Origin: Candidatus Woesearchaeota archaeon
GTDB lineage: Archaea > Nanobdellota > Nanobdellia > Woesearchaeales > GW2011-AR9
DNA: 64,000 nt
Direction of reading: 5' to 3'
NCBI GenBank assembly: GCA_016188115.1
Contig: JACPIK010000002.1
Location: 1,064,077 to 1,128,076, forward strand
A program made the translations under genes and the position numbers. The notes under the pieces are model-generated. The model saw nothing but the letters and a program-made list of their open reading frames with translations. It ran no database searches and was not told the DNA's origin. Shown piece after piece: positions 48,579 through 57,751 of this stretch (the stretch's first letter is position 1; each line of letters opens with the position of its first letter).

Positions 48579-49661
48579 ATGGTATTGGCTTCTCAACAAT
48601 CATTAAATCGGTTCTTACTTTTTTCATTATTTGTAATTTTATTATCAAGTCCAAGCATCGCATCAGTCTCTTTTGTCGATCCAACTATGTCAGACAATAC
48701 TCTTAGTTCAAATACAAGCATCATCATTAATGCAACTATTACAGATGCAGCATTGCGTGAAGTGATGTATGTTTGGAACGGTTCCAACTTCACGTTCTAC
48801 AATAATAGTATCTCATTGATGTTTAATTTTGATACTTACACTCAACTCAACGACACCAGTAAATTTCATAGAAATGCTTCCTATATGGGTGATGCTGCCT
48901 ACACAGCTTCAGGAAAATATAATGGAGCCGTTGCATTTGATGGAAATGGAGATTATATCCAACTCAACACAACAACGGGGATTCCTGTAGGTAACGACCT
49001 GTATACAATTTCAGCTTGGATTAATCCCACCATCTGTAATGGTGGGTATGGTATTGTGGGATGGGGAAGTTATGGGTCCTCAAACCAAGCGAACGCATTT
49101 CGTCTTGCAACAGGTTGTTTTATCCTCAACTACTGGTGGGCTAATGACATCACTTCTACCGGCACAGTTGCAATCAATCAATGGAATCATGTCGTAGCGA
49201 CATTTAATGGTTCAACTCGTTCGCTTTATATTAATGGGCGCTTAGACAAATCCGACACCCCCAGCGGCCACAACGTAGTTGTTGTAGATCCCGTTACAAT
49301 TGGAAAGACTTACTCCAATGAATATTTTAATGGAACCATTGATGAAGTTCGCATCTGGAACTGCTCCTTCAATTCTACAGAGATCTATGAACAATATGTT
49401 TCTAATTTGCGCCAGTATGATACGGACAAATGGGAACTGCTTGTTAACCAAAGTAAAAACGCTACTGCCGTTTTAGACAACGCAACCTACACCTATCAAA
49501 TCTTCACATACAACACGACCGGCAGCCAAAGTAGTACAGAACAACGTAGTTACACCTTAGGACAAATTCCCATCACCCCAGAGTTTGGTGAATGGGCAAT
49601 GTTACTCATCCTCATTACGGTCATCAGCGGTTTTTATGGTCTTAAACGGCATTCAGAGTAA
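48579..49661 (+). CDS. Secreted LamG-cassette protein 4, PEF-CTERM
   Basis: FVDPT, LamG core, NATYTYQIF, TPEFGEWA + TM. Confidence 0.88.
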   Translation: MVLASQQSLNRFLLFSLFVILLSSPSIASVSFVDPTMSDNTLSSNTSIIINATITDAALREVMYVWNGSNFTFYNNSISLMFNFDTYTQLNDTSKFHRNASYMGDAAYTASGKYNGAVAFDGNGDYIQLNTTTGIPVGNDLYTISAWINPTICNGGYGIVGWGSYGSSNQANAFRLATGCFILNYWWANDITSTGTVAINQWNHVVATFNGSTRSLYINGRLDKSDTPSGHNVVVVDPVTIGKTYSNEYFNGTIDEVRIWNCSFNSTEIYEQYVSNLRQYDTDKWELLVNQSKNATAVLDNATYTYQIFTYNTTGSQSSTEQRSYTLGQIPITPEFGEWAMLLILITVISGFYGLKRHSE

Positions 49662-49692
49662 GGATTAAATACTCTCATCTGCTCTTCTCATC

Positions 49693-50799
49693 ATGGACCA
49701 AAAGAGGATAATGTTCACTATTTTAGTCTTTGCGCTGTATTCTTATTCTGGTCTTGCTACTGTTACTTTTATTGACCCAACACCTTCCGATGCAACCCTC
49801 TCTTCCAACACCAGCGTGATCATTAATGTATCCATCACAGAATCAAATCTAAGTTCCATTACTCATGTGTGGAATGGTACTAATTTCACTTTTTATAACA
49901 GCTCATTGGTTCTCCTTCTTAATTTTGAACCGTATAGGGGAATGAATGACTCTTCCTCATCAGCTCTGAGCCCGAGCATTTTTGGCGATTCATCCATCAA
50001 TTCCAGCGGGGGCAAGTATGGTGCATCGCTTACTCTTGATGGAACAGGCGACTATCTAACTATCCCTCGAGTAATCACAGACGATTTCACACTTGCAGCT
50101 TGGATAAATAAAAGAACATCATTAACCAATAATGGTGCTTGCAGTAATGATCAATGGTATTGTGGGTTTGGCATTCTTGACGCAGAAGTAGCGGGTGTAA
50201 GCAATGATTTTGGATTAGGAGTGAAAGATAACAAAATTATTTTTGGAATCGGAAATGCGGATACCAGTATCCTCTCCACGACAACACTCAATTCAGATCA
50301 GTGGTATTTTGTCGCCGCAACTCGTGAAAAATCTACTGGTGCTATGCGAATTTATGTGAATGGTATTAATGAGACTCAAGCAACAGGAAATACTAATTCT
50401 TTAACTTCAAACGCCAACATCTATATCGGTGAAGATGGTAGTGGAAACCGAGGGTTCTTTAATGGTCAATTTGATGATGTCCAAATTTACAATCGTACTC
50501 TCTCTAATGCCGAAATCGCCGAGCTCTACCTGCAAAACATCTGGCGACATAATGCGACACAGTGGTATTTCTATGTTAATCAAAGTCAGAATGCCACCAC
50601 AGTATTATCAAATGGTACGTATACTTACCAAATTTTTACTACAAACACGACAGGAAGTGGGAGCAATACAGAACAACGCACCTATACTTTAGGTCAACTC
50701 CCAACTGCTCCTGAATTTGGTGAGTGGGCGATACTGCTTATTTTAATCTCAACAGTTGCAGGCTATTTTCACATGCGCACCAAACAACAAAACGACTAA
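49693..50799 (+). CDS. Secreted LamG-cassette protein 5, PEF-CTERM
   Basis: FIDPT, LamG core, NGTYTYQIF, APEFGEWA + TM. Confidence 0.88.
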   Translation: MDQKRIMFTILVFALYSYSGLATVTFIDPTPSDATLSSNTSVIINVSITESNLSSITHVWNGTNFTFYNSSLVLLLNFEPYRGMNDSSSSALSPSIFGDSSINSSGGKYGASLTLDGTGDYLTIPRVITDDFTLAAWINKRTSLTNNGACSNDQWYCGFGILDAEVAGVSNDFGLGVKDNKIIFGIGNADTSILSTTTLNSDQWYFVAATREKSTGAMRIYVNGINETQATGNTNSLTSNANIYIGEDGSGNRGFFNGQFDDVQIYNRTLSNAEIAELYLQNIWRHNATQWYFYVNQSQNATTVLSNGTYTYQIFTTNTTGSGSNTEQRTYTLGQLPTAPEFGEWAILLILISTVAGYFHMRTKQQND

Positions 50800-50852
50800 C
50801 CCAAAGAACACTCATCACCAAGTTTTTTAAACTTCACAACTCTTCTTCTCCT

Positions 50853-51269
50853 ATGAAAACCGTCATGTGTTTTGGCACATTCGACTTACTGCACTTAGGT
50901 CATCTTTCCTACTTTACTCAAGCTAAGAAATACGGTGATCATCTCATCGTTGTCATTTCTCGTGATTATACCAGAAATAAAGAAAAAAGAAAAACGATCT
51001 TTAATGAGAAAGAACGTGTAAAATTAATTCAATCGCTTAAAATCGTTGATGAAGCCGTCCTTGGCTATCCACAAGATCATCTACGTATCATTGAAGAACA
51101 GAAGCCAGATATCATTGTATTAGGCTACGATCATCCGATAGCGGAAAAGGAATTGCAACAACGACTTGCACAACGAAATTTGCATCCCGCAATAAAACGA
51201 GCAAAAGCCTACAAAACCCATTCTCAAAAAACTGGTACGATCAAACAGAAAATTCTCAAACTAAAATAA
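50853..51269 (+). CDS. ribL: Cytidylyltransferase-family protein, probable archaeal FAD synthase
   Basis: FGTFDLLHLGH, VDEAVLG, PDIIVLGYD. Confidence 0.8.
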   Translation: MKTVMCFGTFDLLHLGHLSYFTQAKKYGDHLIVVISRDYTRNKEKRKTIFNEKERVKLIQSLKIVDEAVLGYPQDHLRIIEEQKPDIIVLGYDHPIAEKELQQRLAQRNLHPAIKRAKAYKTHSQKTGTIKQKILKLK

Positions 51270-51311
51270 AGATTAAGAATATTTATAAAAAAGATTTCTA
51301 AAAATAATACT

Positions 51312-51911
51312 ATGACAACTTTAACTATTGATGATGCCATATTACTTGACTTAATTGCAGGAAAATTCTTGAAAGAGCTATCGCCAGAACAAAGAGCACG
51401 GGTTACTGAGGCTCTCGAAGCACGAGCTATGTGGGGCGATGGACCACGAACTGTACAAAAGATTCAAATTACTAACCCAGAACACTCTAGCTTATTTTCT
51501 ACAGGTGAATCATGGCATGCGTATGCTCAATTATTACATCATGGTCGAGACGGTGTCCATCAAGTTGTTGAAGATCCCCAAAGAGCCCGATACAGTGCAA
51601 AATTAAATCTCTCTTTCGTGAATCCTGTGAATCCAACAGAGTTACGAGCAAACTTAGCTCTATATCGTGCTGATCAACCCCAAGCATGGCAAGTTTCTAT
51701 TCAAGATAGAATCGGTGTTCTCACAATTGACGGAACCAGTTTCTATTGCGGCGATCACAAGGGTAGTAATCTCACTACTCTTACAAATTTTATTAAAGGG
51801 CCTGAAATTGCTGATAAAGGGAACCGACCGTATATTCGTGGTGAATACTTAAATCGACCAATAGGAACTCTAAATGATCCCATCTTTCTACCACCTCGAC
51901 CGGTGAAATAA
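51312..51911 (+). CDS. Hypothetical protein
   Basis: 199-aa ORF with TTTATAAA about 25 nt upstream. Confidence 0.6.
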   Translation: MTTLTIDDAILLDLIAGKFLKELSPEQRARVTEALEARAMWGDGPRTVQKIQITNPEHSSLFSTGESWHAYAQLLHHGRDGVHQVVEDPQRARYSAKLNLSFVNPVNPTELRANLALYRADQPQAWQVSIQDRIGVLTIDGTSFYCGDHKGSNLTTLTNFIKGPEIADKGNRPYIRGEYLNRPIGTLNDPIFLPPRPVK

Positions 51912-51950
51912 TCAAGATACATTTTTAACTTCATTCTTTTTTATTATTCT

Positions 51951-52829
51951 GTGGTTTCCAAAACACCTTTAATCCTTCTCGCCGGCTATCTTGGCAGCGG
52001 TAAAACAACTCTTTTACTTCATCTCCTTTCACAATCAAAACAGAAAATCGCCGTTCTCATGAATGAATTTGGTGATGTAGGAATTGATACAGACACCATC
52101 AAAGGAGAAAACATCCAGATCAAAGAATTACTTGAAGGCTGTGTGTGTTGTTCGTTAGTAGGTGAGTTTGAAGCCGCAGTCAAAGAAATTATCACAAAAT
52201 ATCATCCTGAATTAATCATCGTTGAAACAACAGGCATTGCCGAAGCGGACAATCTCGTCCTTTCTGTTCGTGACTCTCTCTCACAAGTTGATCTCAAATC
52301 TGTTGTCACGGTTGTCGATGCTGATCTCATGATCCGGTTTCCATCATTAGGACACAACATTGAACTACAAGTCCAAGCAGCCGATGTATTGATCTTGAAT
52401 AAAATCGATTTGGTTTCAAAAGTACAAGTAAAGACCTGCGAAGAACGATTACACAAACTGAACTCACATGCCAGGATTATTACTACAAAACATGGCAAAA
52501 TTGATTTTGCTTCTCTTCTCAGTGCAAAATTAGCCTCTTCTAAAGTAATTAAACCAGTTAATCATAAAACTACTATGCAAACATTCTCACTTTCGACTAC
52601 AAAGATTACCAAAAAGAACCTAGAAGAATTCCTCCAAAAATTACCCAAAAGCGTTATGCGTTGCAAGGGGTATGTTACCATTGGGTCAACTCAATACCTT
52701 GTGAATTATGTACGTGGTCGCTGGACCATAGAAAAAGGCAACGGAACACAGAAACTGGTGTTTATTGGAGAAAATGTCACAAAAGACAAAATCAAGATCG
52801 TAACATTACTCAAAAAGCACTTAACTTAA
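51951..52829 (+). CDS. CobW/COG0523 G3E GTPase (metallochaperone)
   Basis: GYLGSGKTT, NEFG, GCVCC, ETTG, LNKID, RCKG. Confidence 0.92.
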   Translation: MVSKTPLILLAGYLGSGKTTLLLHLLSQSKQKIAVLMNEFGDVGIDTDTIKGENIQIKELLEGCVCCSLVGEFEAAVKEIITKYHPELIIVETTGIAEADNLVLSVRDSLSQVDLKSVVTVVDADLMIRFPSLGHNIELQVQAADVLILNKIDLVSKVQVKTCEERLHKLNSHARIITTKHGKIDFASLLSAKLASSKVIKPVNHKTTMQTFSLSTTKITKKNLEEFLQKLPKSVMRCKGYVTIGSTQYLVNYVRGRWTIEKGNGTQKLVFIGENVTKDKIKIVTLLKKHLT

Positions 52830-52909
52830 ACTTTCTACAGCATCAATTTTTTCGCAACCTTTTTAACCCGTCAAAACTCCTTCATCCTACACTTAGGAGG
52901 TGTTTAACA

Positions 52910-53299
52910 ATGTGTATCGGAAAATATACAAGTAAATATAGCGAACACTTTTACGTTGTGTTTCGTGTAGTTATTGGTCTCATGTTCTTCATGCATGGAT
53001 TCTTAAAGTTCAGCGCAATGAATGTACCTGTTGCAAGCTTATTTGGCGTCGCAGGCATTGTAGAAATTCTTGCAGGTCTTGGCATTTTAGTAGGTATGTT
53101 TAGCCGTCTTGCAGCTGTTGGTGGTCTTGTGACTATGGTTGTTGCATTGGCAACTCAACATTTCCCTAAAGGCATTAATCCTTTAGCAAATGGCGGAGAA
53201 CTTGCAGTACTCTATCTTATTGCATTCTTGATAATCTTGGGCAAAGGCAACGGCAAAGCAAGTCTTGAGAAAGCTTTACTTAAGAAAGAAATGTGTTAA
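52910..53299 (+). CDS. DoxX family membrane protein
   Basis: RVVIGLMFFMHGFLKF, NGGELA; AGGAGG RBS. Confidence 0.88.
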   Translation: MCIGKYTSKYSEHFYVVFRVVIGLMFFMHGFLKFSAMNVPVASLFGVAGIVEILAGLGILVGMFSRLAAVGGLVTMVVALATQHFPKGINPLANGGELAVLYLIAFLIILGKGNGKASLEKALLKKEMC

Positions 53300-53406
53300 G
53301 TCCTTTCTTTATTTTTTTCTTTTAGTTTCTTTTTTTCCACAATCTATCCACCCAATAGTTATGCAACTTAATAAGATTTAAATAGCCTTTCTGCTCATAA
53401 CTCAGT

Positions 53407-53850
53407 ATGAAAACAACTCAGATCATTATTGGAATTATTGCTGTTCTCTCATTATTTCTCGTAAGCTGTAACAGTACCAAATACGATGAATTTGCACAAT
53501 GTCTTACTGATAATAAAGTAGTCATGTATGGTGCGTATTGGTGCGGTCATTGCGCAGAACAAAAACGCATGTTTTCTGACAGTTTTGAAAAAGTAACCTA
53601 TGTTGAATGTTCTTTACCTGACAACGCTGGTCAAACCCAAGTGTGTCAAATGAAAAACATCACTGGCTATCCTACCTGGGAATTTGCTGACGGTTCAAGA
53701 GTAAGTGGGAAACAAGAATTTGAGACATTGAGTGCAAAAAGCGGCTGTCTTCTTCCGGATGGAACCTTAGGAACTGATCAACGACCCACAGTTTCCCAGC
53801 TACCTCAAGAACCGATCCCTATGCCAGATATTGCGGCTCAAACAGAATAG
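53407..53850 (+). CDS. Thioredoxin-like lipoprotein
   Basis: Lipobox LVSC, MYGAYWCGHC, GYPTW. Confidence 0.85.
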   Translation: MKTTQIIIGIIAVLSLFLVSCNSTKYDEFAQCLTDNKVVMYGAYWCGHCAEQKRMFSDSFEKVTYVECSLPDNAGQTQVCQMKNITGYPTWEFADGSRVSGKQEFETLSAKSGCLLPDGTLGTDQRPTVSQLPQEPIPMPDIAAQTE

Positions 53851-53885
53851 ATTATTTTTTATATTGCTCTTCTTTTATTTTAATC

Positions 53886-54452
53886 ATGGGAATTGTTGAA
53901 GACGCACGGGTGTATGCTGTTTTAGAAATTGAAAAAACCGGCTTACCTAATATAACACATTTTGAAATTAGTGAGAAGAAAGCAATCCAACTCGCTAAAG
54001 TACTCAAAGCAGATGAAAAAATCGTACAAATCGGTGTCTACTTCATGGATTTAAAGTTAGGACAAGCAATGAAAGAAAATAGGCTCACAGATCACATTCC
54101 TATGGCAGTCACAGCGGCACAAGAATTTTTCAAAGTTCATAAGATTTCCAAACCTAATCAAGAAAAAATCATTAACTGTATTCAAGCCCATCACAAAGAA
54201 ATTCCATTCACTTGTATTGAAGCAGAAATTTGTGCTAATGCTGATTGTTATAGATTTATCCACCCAAAAGGATTTTTTGCCTATCTCACTATTCTTGGAA
54301 AAAGATACTCAAATCTCAATGAGTGTTTAGAACAAGCAGAAAGAAAAATGGATGAAAAATACAAAACCCTTTCCCTACCTCTATGCAAAAAAGAACTAGC
54401 TCCTTACTATAAAAATCTAAAACAATACCTCAAAGATGCACGCTATCTCTAA
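53886..54452 (+). CDS. HD-domain-like protein (degenerate HD motif)
   Basis: H...FMD (instead of HD)...HH...ANAD pattern. Confidence 0.6.
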   Translation: MGIVEDARVYAVLEIEKTGLPNITHFEISEKKAIQLAKVLKADEKIVQIGVYFMDLKLGQAMKENRLTDHIPMAVTAAQEFFKVHKISKPNQEKIINCIQAHHKEIPFTCIEAEICANADCYRFIHPKGFFAYLTILGKRYSNLNECLEQAERKMDEKYKTLSLPLCKKELAPYYKNLKQYLKDARYL

Positions 54453-54955
54453 TTCTTCTTTATTTCACACACTTTCGTCACAATCTTCTTCGATAAAACA
54501 TACCAAGAATAAATCAACAGCCCTAATCCTAATACGGCTAATTCTACTCCTTGAAATGGCAGCCATGCCAATAATCCCGTCAACCCCAACAAACTAAATA
54601 TTCCCAAAGCACAGGATGCGCACCCAGGTGCAACCACCCCTGCAATCACACCAACGACTCCCATCCCCATTTGTTCACGTACTTGACGACGCAATAAAAA
54701 AATCATGTACGTTACAACAATACCTGTCAGGATCGAAACTAAAGACAAAAACAAATACGAACTCAACGGCATCAAATCCACCGAACCCCAGACACTCCAA
54801 AAAGCAAACACAACATCACCCTCAAAAATCAAGCGGTAATTCTTTATCAAAACATTAAACCAATACGCAGCAATACTTATCGCTACCGTTAAAGCAATAT
54901 ACTTCCAAGAGCCATACACTTCACGCGCAGCAGTAAAAAATTTGTGAAAAATCAT
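54449..54955 (-). CDS. Membrane protein with CxxC motif
   Basis: Four to five TM segments, GCASC; downstream of dsbA. Confidence 0.7.
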   Translation of the reverse strand: MIFHKFFTAAREVYGSWKYIALTVAISIAAYWFNVLIKNYRLIFEGDVVFAFWSVWGSVDLMPLSSYLFLSLVSILTGIVVTYMIFLLRRQVREQMGMGVVGVIAGVVAPGCASCALGIFSLLGLTGLLAWLPFQGVELAVLGLGLLIYSWYVLSKKIVTKVCEIKKN

Positions 54956-54978
54956 AATAAAAAAAGAAAAACAAAAGC

Positions 54979-55719
54979 TTATTCAGCCAATGCTTGTTCA
55001 ATGACTTGTTGGAATGCAGCGAATGGTTGCGCTCCGCTAATCAAACGTCCATTCACAAAAAATGCAGGAGTTCCTTGTACGCCAGCAGCGCTTCCATCTT
55101 GCATATCTTTGGCAACTTCTTGTTTGATAGCAGGATCAGCACGGCATTTTTCCCATGTTGCGCTATTCAAACCAATCTCTTGTGCCCATTGTTTAAGAGT
55201 AGCTTCGCTAAGCAATTCTTGATTGGCAAAGATTTTGTCGTGAAGTGCGTAATATTTTCCTTGTTTTCCAGCACACTCAGCTGCAATTGCTGCAGGTTCA
55301 GCCATAGCATGGAAAGGTAGAGGATAATCTCGGAAGATTAATTTTACTTTTCCAGTATCAATGTATTGACTTTTAAGCTGTGGTAGAGTTTGTTGATAGA
55401 ATCGACCGCAGAATGGGCATTGGTAATCGCTAAATTCCACAATGGTAACTGGGGCATCTTCATCCCCAAGAACAGCATCAGTATCAACTAATTTTTCCAT
55501 ATTAACAACGGGAGCAGGTGCTTCTTCCCCAGGAGCTAAGGGTACATTTGGCACATTAGCAACACCAGCGCTTCCTATTGATCCTACCTTAAACGCGATA
55601 AAGAGCAACAGCACGATTTGAATCACTGCTGCGCCAATTAATAATTTATGCATCGTTGATGTTTTTTCACCATGAACATGTGTTTCTCTATGATGAGTTT
55701 CTTGTTTTATATCTTCCAT
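54979..55719 (-). CDS. DsbA-family thiol-disulfide oxidoreductase
   Basis: TM anchor, EFSDYQCPFC, GVQGTPAFFVNG, GAQP. Confidence 0.93.
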   Translation of the reverse strand: MEDIKQETHHRETHVHGEKTSTMHKLLIGAAVIQIVLLLFIAFKVGSIGSAGVANVPNVPLAPGEEAPAPVVNMEKLVDTDAVLGDEDAPVTIVEFSDYQCPFCGRFYQQTLPQLKSQYIDTGKVKLIFRDYPLPFHAMAEPAAIAAECAGKQGKYYALHDKIFANQELLSEATLKQWAQEIGLNSATWEKCRADPAIKQEVAKDMQDGSAAGVQGTPAFFVNGRLISGAQPFAAFQQVIEQALAE

Positions 55720-55838
55720 AATTAAACCTCCTATTTGGGCAAAGAGTGGAGCAATAGCTATATATATTTGTGGGTCTAAATAGAACCATCAAGAATGTCT
55801 AAAAATAAAAAATTTTCAAGAATTATCGTTTATCTTGG

Positions 55839-56342
55839 TTAAAACTCATCTCGTAAATATATTGCGAGAGTTTTTCCTTCTTCTGTACGCTTAACCAATT
55901 CTTTTTTCTCTAACTCTGTTAAAACTTGACTTAATTTTGCTTTGGACATATTCACCCGAAGAGCAAGAGTATTCTGCGTGATACCTGGCTGTTCTCTAAC
56001 CGCGCTAATAACTTCCTGTTCAAAGGGATTAAGTCCTTTAAGTAGAATTTTAAATTTATCTCCTGCCCTCTGTTTTGATTTTTCATGCTCAAGACGTTCT
56101 AAGACTGCTTCTTCCCCTTTCGAAAAAAAGAGCATATAAAATCCTAAACCAAACAAGAATCCAAAAATTCCAAACGCAAAATGAACAATGGTAAGAGATG
56201 TTTCAATACGCGCACAGCTTGGGTCTTGATAGCACCCTAATGCTTTAATATCTTGATTAAGCGAACGCATAAACAAAAGAAATATCACTAACAATGCAGC
56301 AGCAATCACCAACAGTACGATGCCGATTTTCTTTTGATTCAC
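55839..56342 (-). CDS. Membrane-anchored winged-helix (MarR-like) regulator
   Basis: Two TM helices flanking a Cys pair, then GITQ...SKAKLSQVLTELEKKELV. Confidence 0.8.
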   Translation of the reverse strand: MNQKKIGIVLLVIAAALLVIFLLFMRSLNQDIKALGCYQDPSCARIETSLTIVHFAFGIFGFLFGLGFYMLFFSKGEEAVLERLEHEKSKQRAGDKFKILLKGLNPFEQEVISAVREQPGITQNTLALRVNMSKAKLSQVLTELEKKELVKRTEEGKTLAIYLRDEF

Positions 56343-56408
56343 AGTAGGTAAGGCGAAGGCTGCTTCTTAAATCTTATGGAGGAAGAACTGGAAAAATTCT
56401 ACTTAAAT

Positions 56409-56536
56409 CTGCTTATTCCACTCATGTGTTCATGAGTGATTTAGTAAGCTAATCCACATCGGCTGGAATAAGCAGGGTCTGAACGTAGGGACCGAGGCGA
56501 AGCCGAGCATGCCTCTGGTCTATTGACCAGAGGTGT
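56409..56536. repeat. GC-rich multi-hairpin intergenic element
   Basis: 12-bp IR CTGCTTATTCCA (56409-56420)/TGGAATAAGCAG (56464-56475), inner CACTCATG/CATGAGTG hairpin, CCTCTGGTC-TATT-GACCAGAGG hairpin. Confidence 0.55.
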
Positions 56537-56576
56537 CCTGGAGTGATTGACAAATGAAACAAAAAAAGAAGAAAAT

Positions 56577-57032
56577 CTATTCTTCAACAGTAATGGTGCC
56601 CTTTTTACCATACGCTTCAGTCCAAAATTGATACTCGCCAGCCTGCGTAAAAGTATGCGTCCATTCTTCACCATATGCAAACAATTTACCTGCAATTAAT
56701 GCATCAACATTATCCATACTTTTAATGGTAATAACCATACGTTTCTCAGTAGGATCATTGTTAAACCATACAACAGCATCATCCTTGCGAATGGTCAGAT
56801 CAGTTACATCGTATCCTTCTTTTCCTAAAATTTCAACGCGATGATCTTGAGATTGTGGTTCAAAGATCCGTGGCTCTTCCTTAGGTTCGCTAGGAACAGG
56901 AAGATCTGCTACAACGCCACCAGTAGGACTTAGATCTCTACTTGGAGCAAAGAACCAGATAGCTAATCCGATAAGAACTAATAATGCGACAATTCCAATA
57001 ATCGCCAATGTTTTTTTATTCATGATACTCAA
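56577..57032 (-). CDS. Membrane-anchored cupredoxin-fold protein lacking copper ligands
   Basis: TM helix, VVWFN, WTHTFTQAGEYQF, GTITVE; no Cys/His/Met ligand set. Confidence 0.7.
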   Translation of the reverse strand: MSIMNKKTLAIIGIVALLVLIGLAIWFFAPSRDLSPTGGVVADLPVPSEPKEEPRIFEPQSQDHRVEILGKEGYDVTDLTIRKDDAVVWFNNDPTEKRMVITIKSMDNVDALIAGKLFAYGEEWTHTFTQAGEYQFWTEAYGKKGTITVEE

Positions 57033-57106
57033 ACCTCCAGTTTAATAAGCGTAAAAATGAGGGGTTCTTTTTATAGGTTATTGTGGTGGAATAGAATGAA
57101 GAAACT

Positions 57107-57547
57107 TCATTTAGGCAGCGATGCATAAAATTGCCGTAGCGTTGGTCGTACCATTTCAATCAAATTATCATATCCTTTTAGTGAGTATCCAACACAATTT
57201 GCTCTCCCTGCAATAATTTCTAACCTATCTCCTACCAGTTCTTTTGGTCCCCAATGGTCAAAATCGGGCACATACATCTTCGCGCCAGTTCCATTCTGAA
57301 ACGAAACACCAAGATAAGCTCTCCTTTCCGTATGAATCGTGCATCCTGCAAAAGGAGTGAAATGTAAAGATGGAATAGGTAATGACTCTCTCCGCGAGGT
57401 TCCTACTTCAAAACAATCTCTCTTAAAACGCAACGCTAAGAGTGCTAGATCTTTTGTTTTGAGTGTTAATGCCCGTTCGTTTACAATTAATATATCTGTA
57501 CCTTCATCAATACTCCTAAGACGAGCATACAGATCAGCTGGATTCAT
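57107..57547 (-). CDS. Hypothetical protein
   Basis: 146-aa ORF with CTTATAAA about 25 nt upstream. Confidence 0.55.
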   Translation of the reverse strand: MNPADLYARLRSIDEGTDILIVNERALTLKTKDLALLALRFKRDCFEVGTSRRESLPIPSLHFTPFAGCTIHTERRAYLGVSFQNGTGAKMYVPDFDHWGPKELVGDRLEIIAGRANCVGYSLKGYDNLIEMVRPTLRQFYASLPK

Positions 57548-57589
57548 GAAAGTCCAAGAACCGCCAGAATTTATAAGAACTTATATCTT

Positions 57590-57748
57590 CTATTTCTTCT
57601 TTTGTAAGTTCTTAATGCCTTTCTCCGTAATCTTAACTACATGATACATCTTGTTGTTGGAAGGATGATCATTCTTTGTGTCAATATCAACTAAATCATA
57701 TTCTGCTAGTTCTTCACAATTATGTCGTCCCAGTTCAAAAACTATTTT
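57590..57748 (-). pseudogene. Start-less remnant of a winged-helix protein C-terminus
   Basis: KIVFELGRHNCEELAEYDLVDIDTKNDHPSNNKMYHVVKITEKGIKNLQKKK-stop; begins right after the TGA TAA of the upstream ORF. Confidence 0.45.
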
Positions 57749-57751
57749 TTA

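Noticed and set aside
45050-50799. Diversity-generating retroelement
   Set aside because: No reverse transcriptase in the window and no TR/VR pair with adenine-specific differences seen.
52661-52909. Long N-terminal extension of DoxX
   Set aside because: Overlaps the CobW gene; an AGGAGG RBS supports ATG 52910.
56470-56510. SRP RNA or RNase P RNA
   Set aside because: AGG...AGCA spacing does not fit SRP helix 8, RNase P conserved motifs are absent and the region is too short.
56441-56695. 84-aa minus-strand ORF
   Set aside because: Overlaps the cupredoxin gene out of frame and runs through the hairpin element; no protein features.
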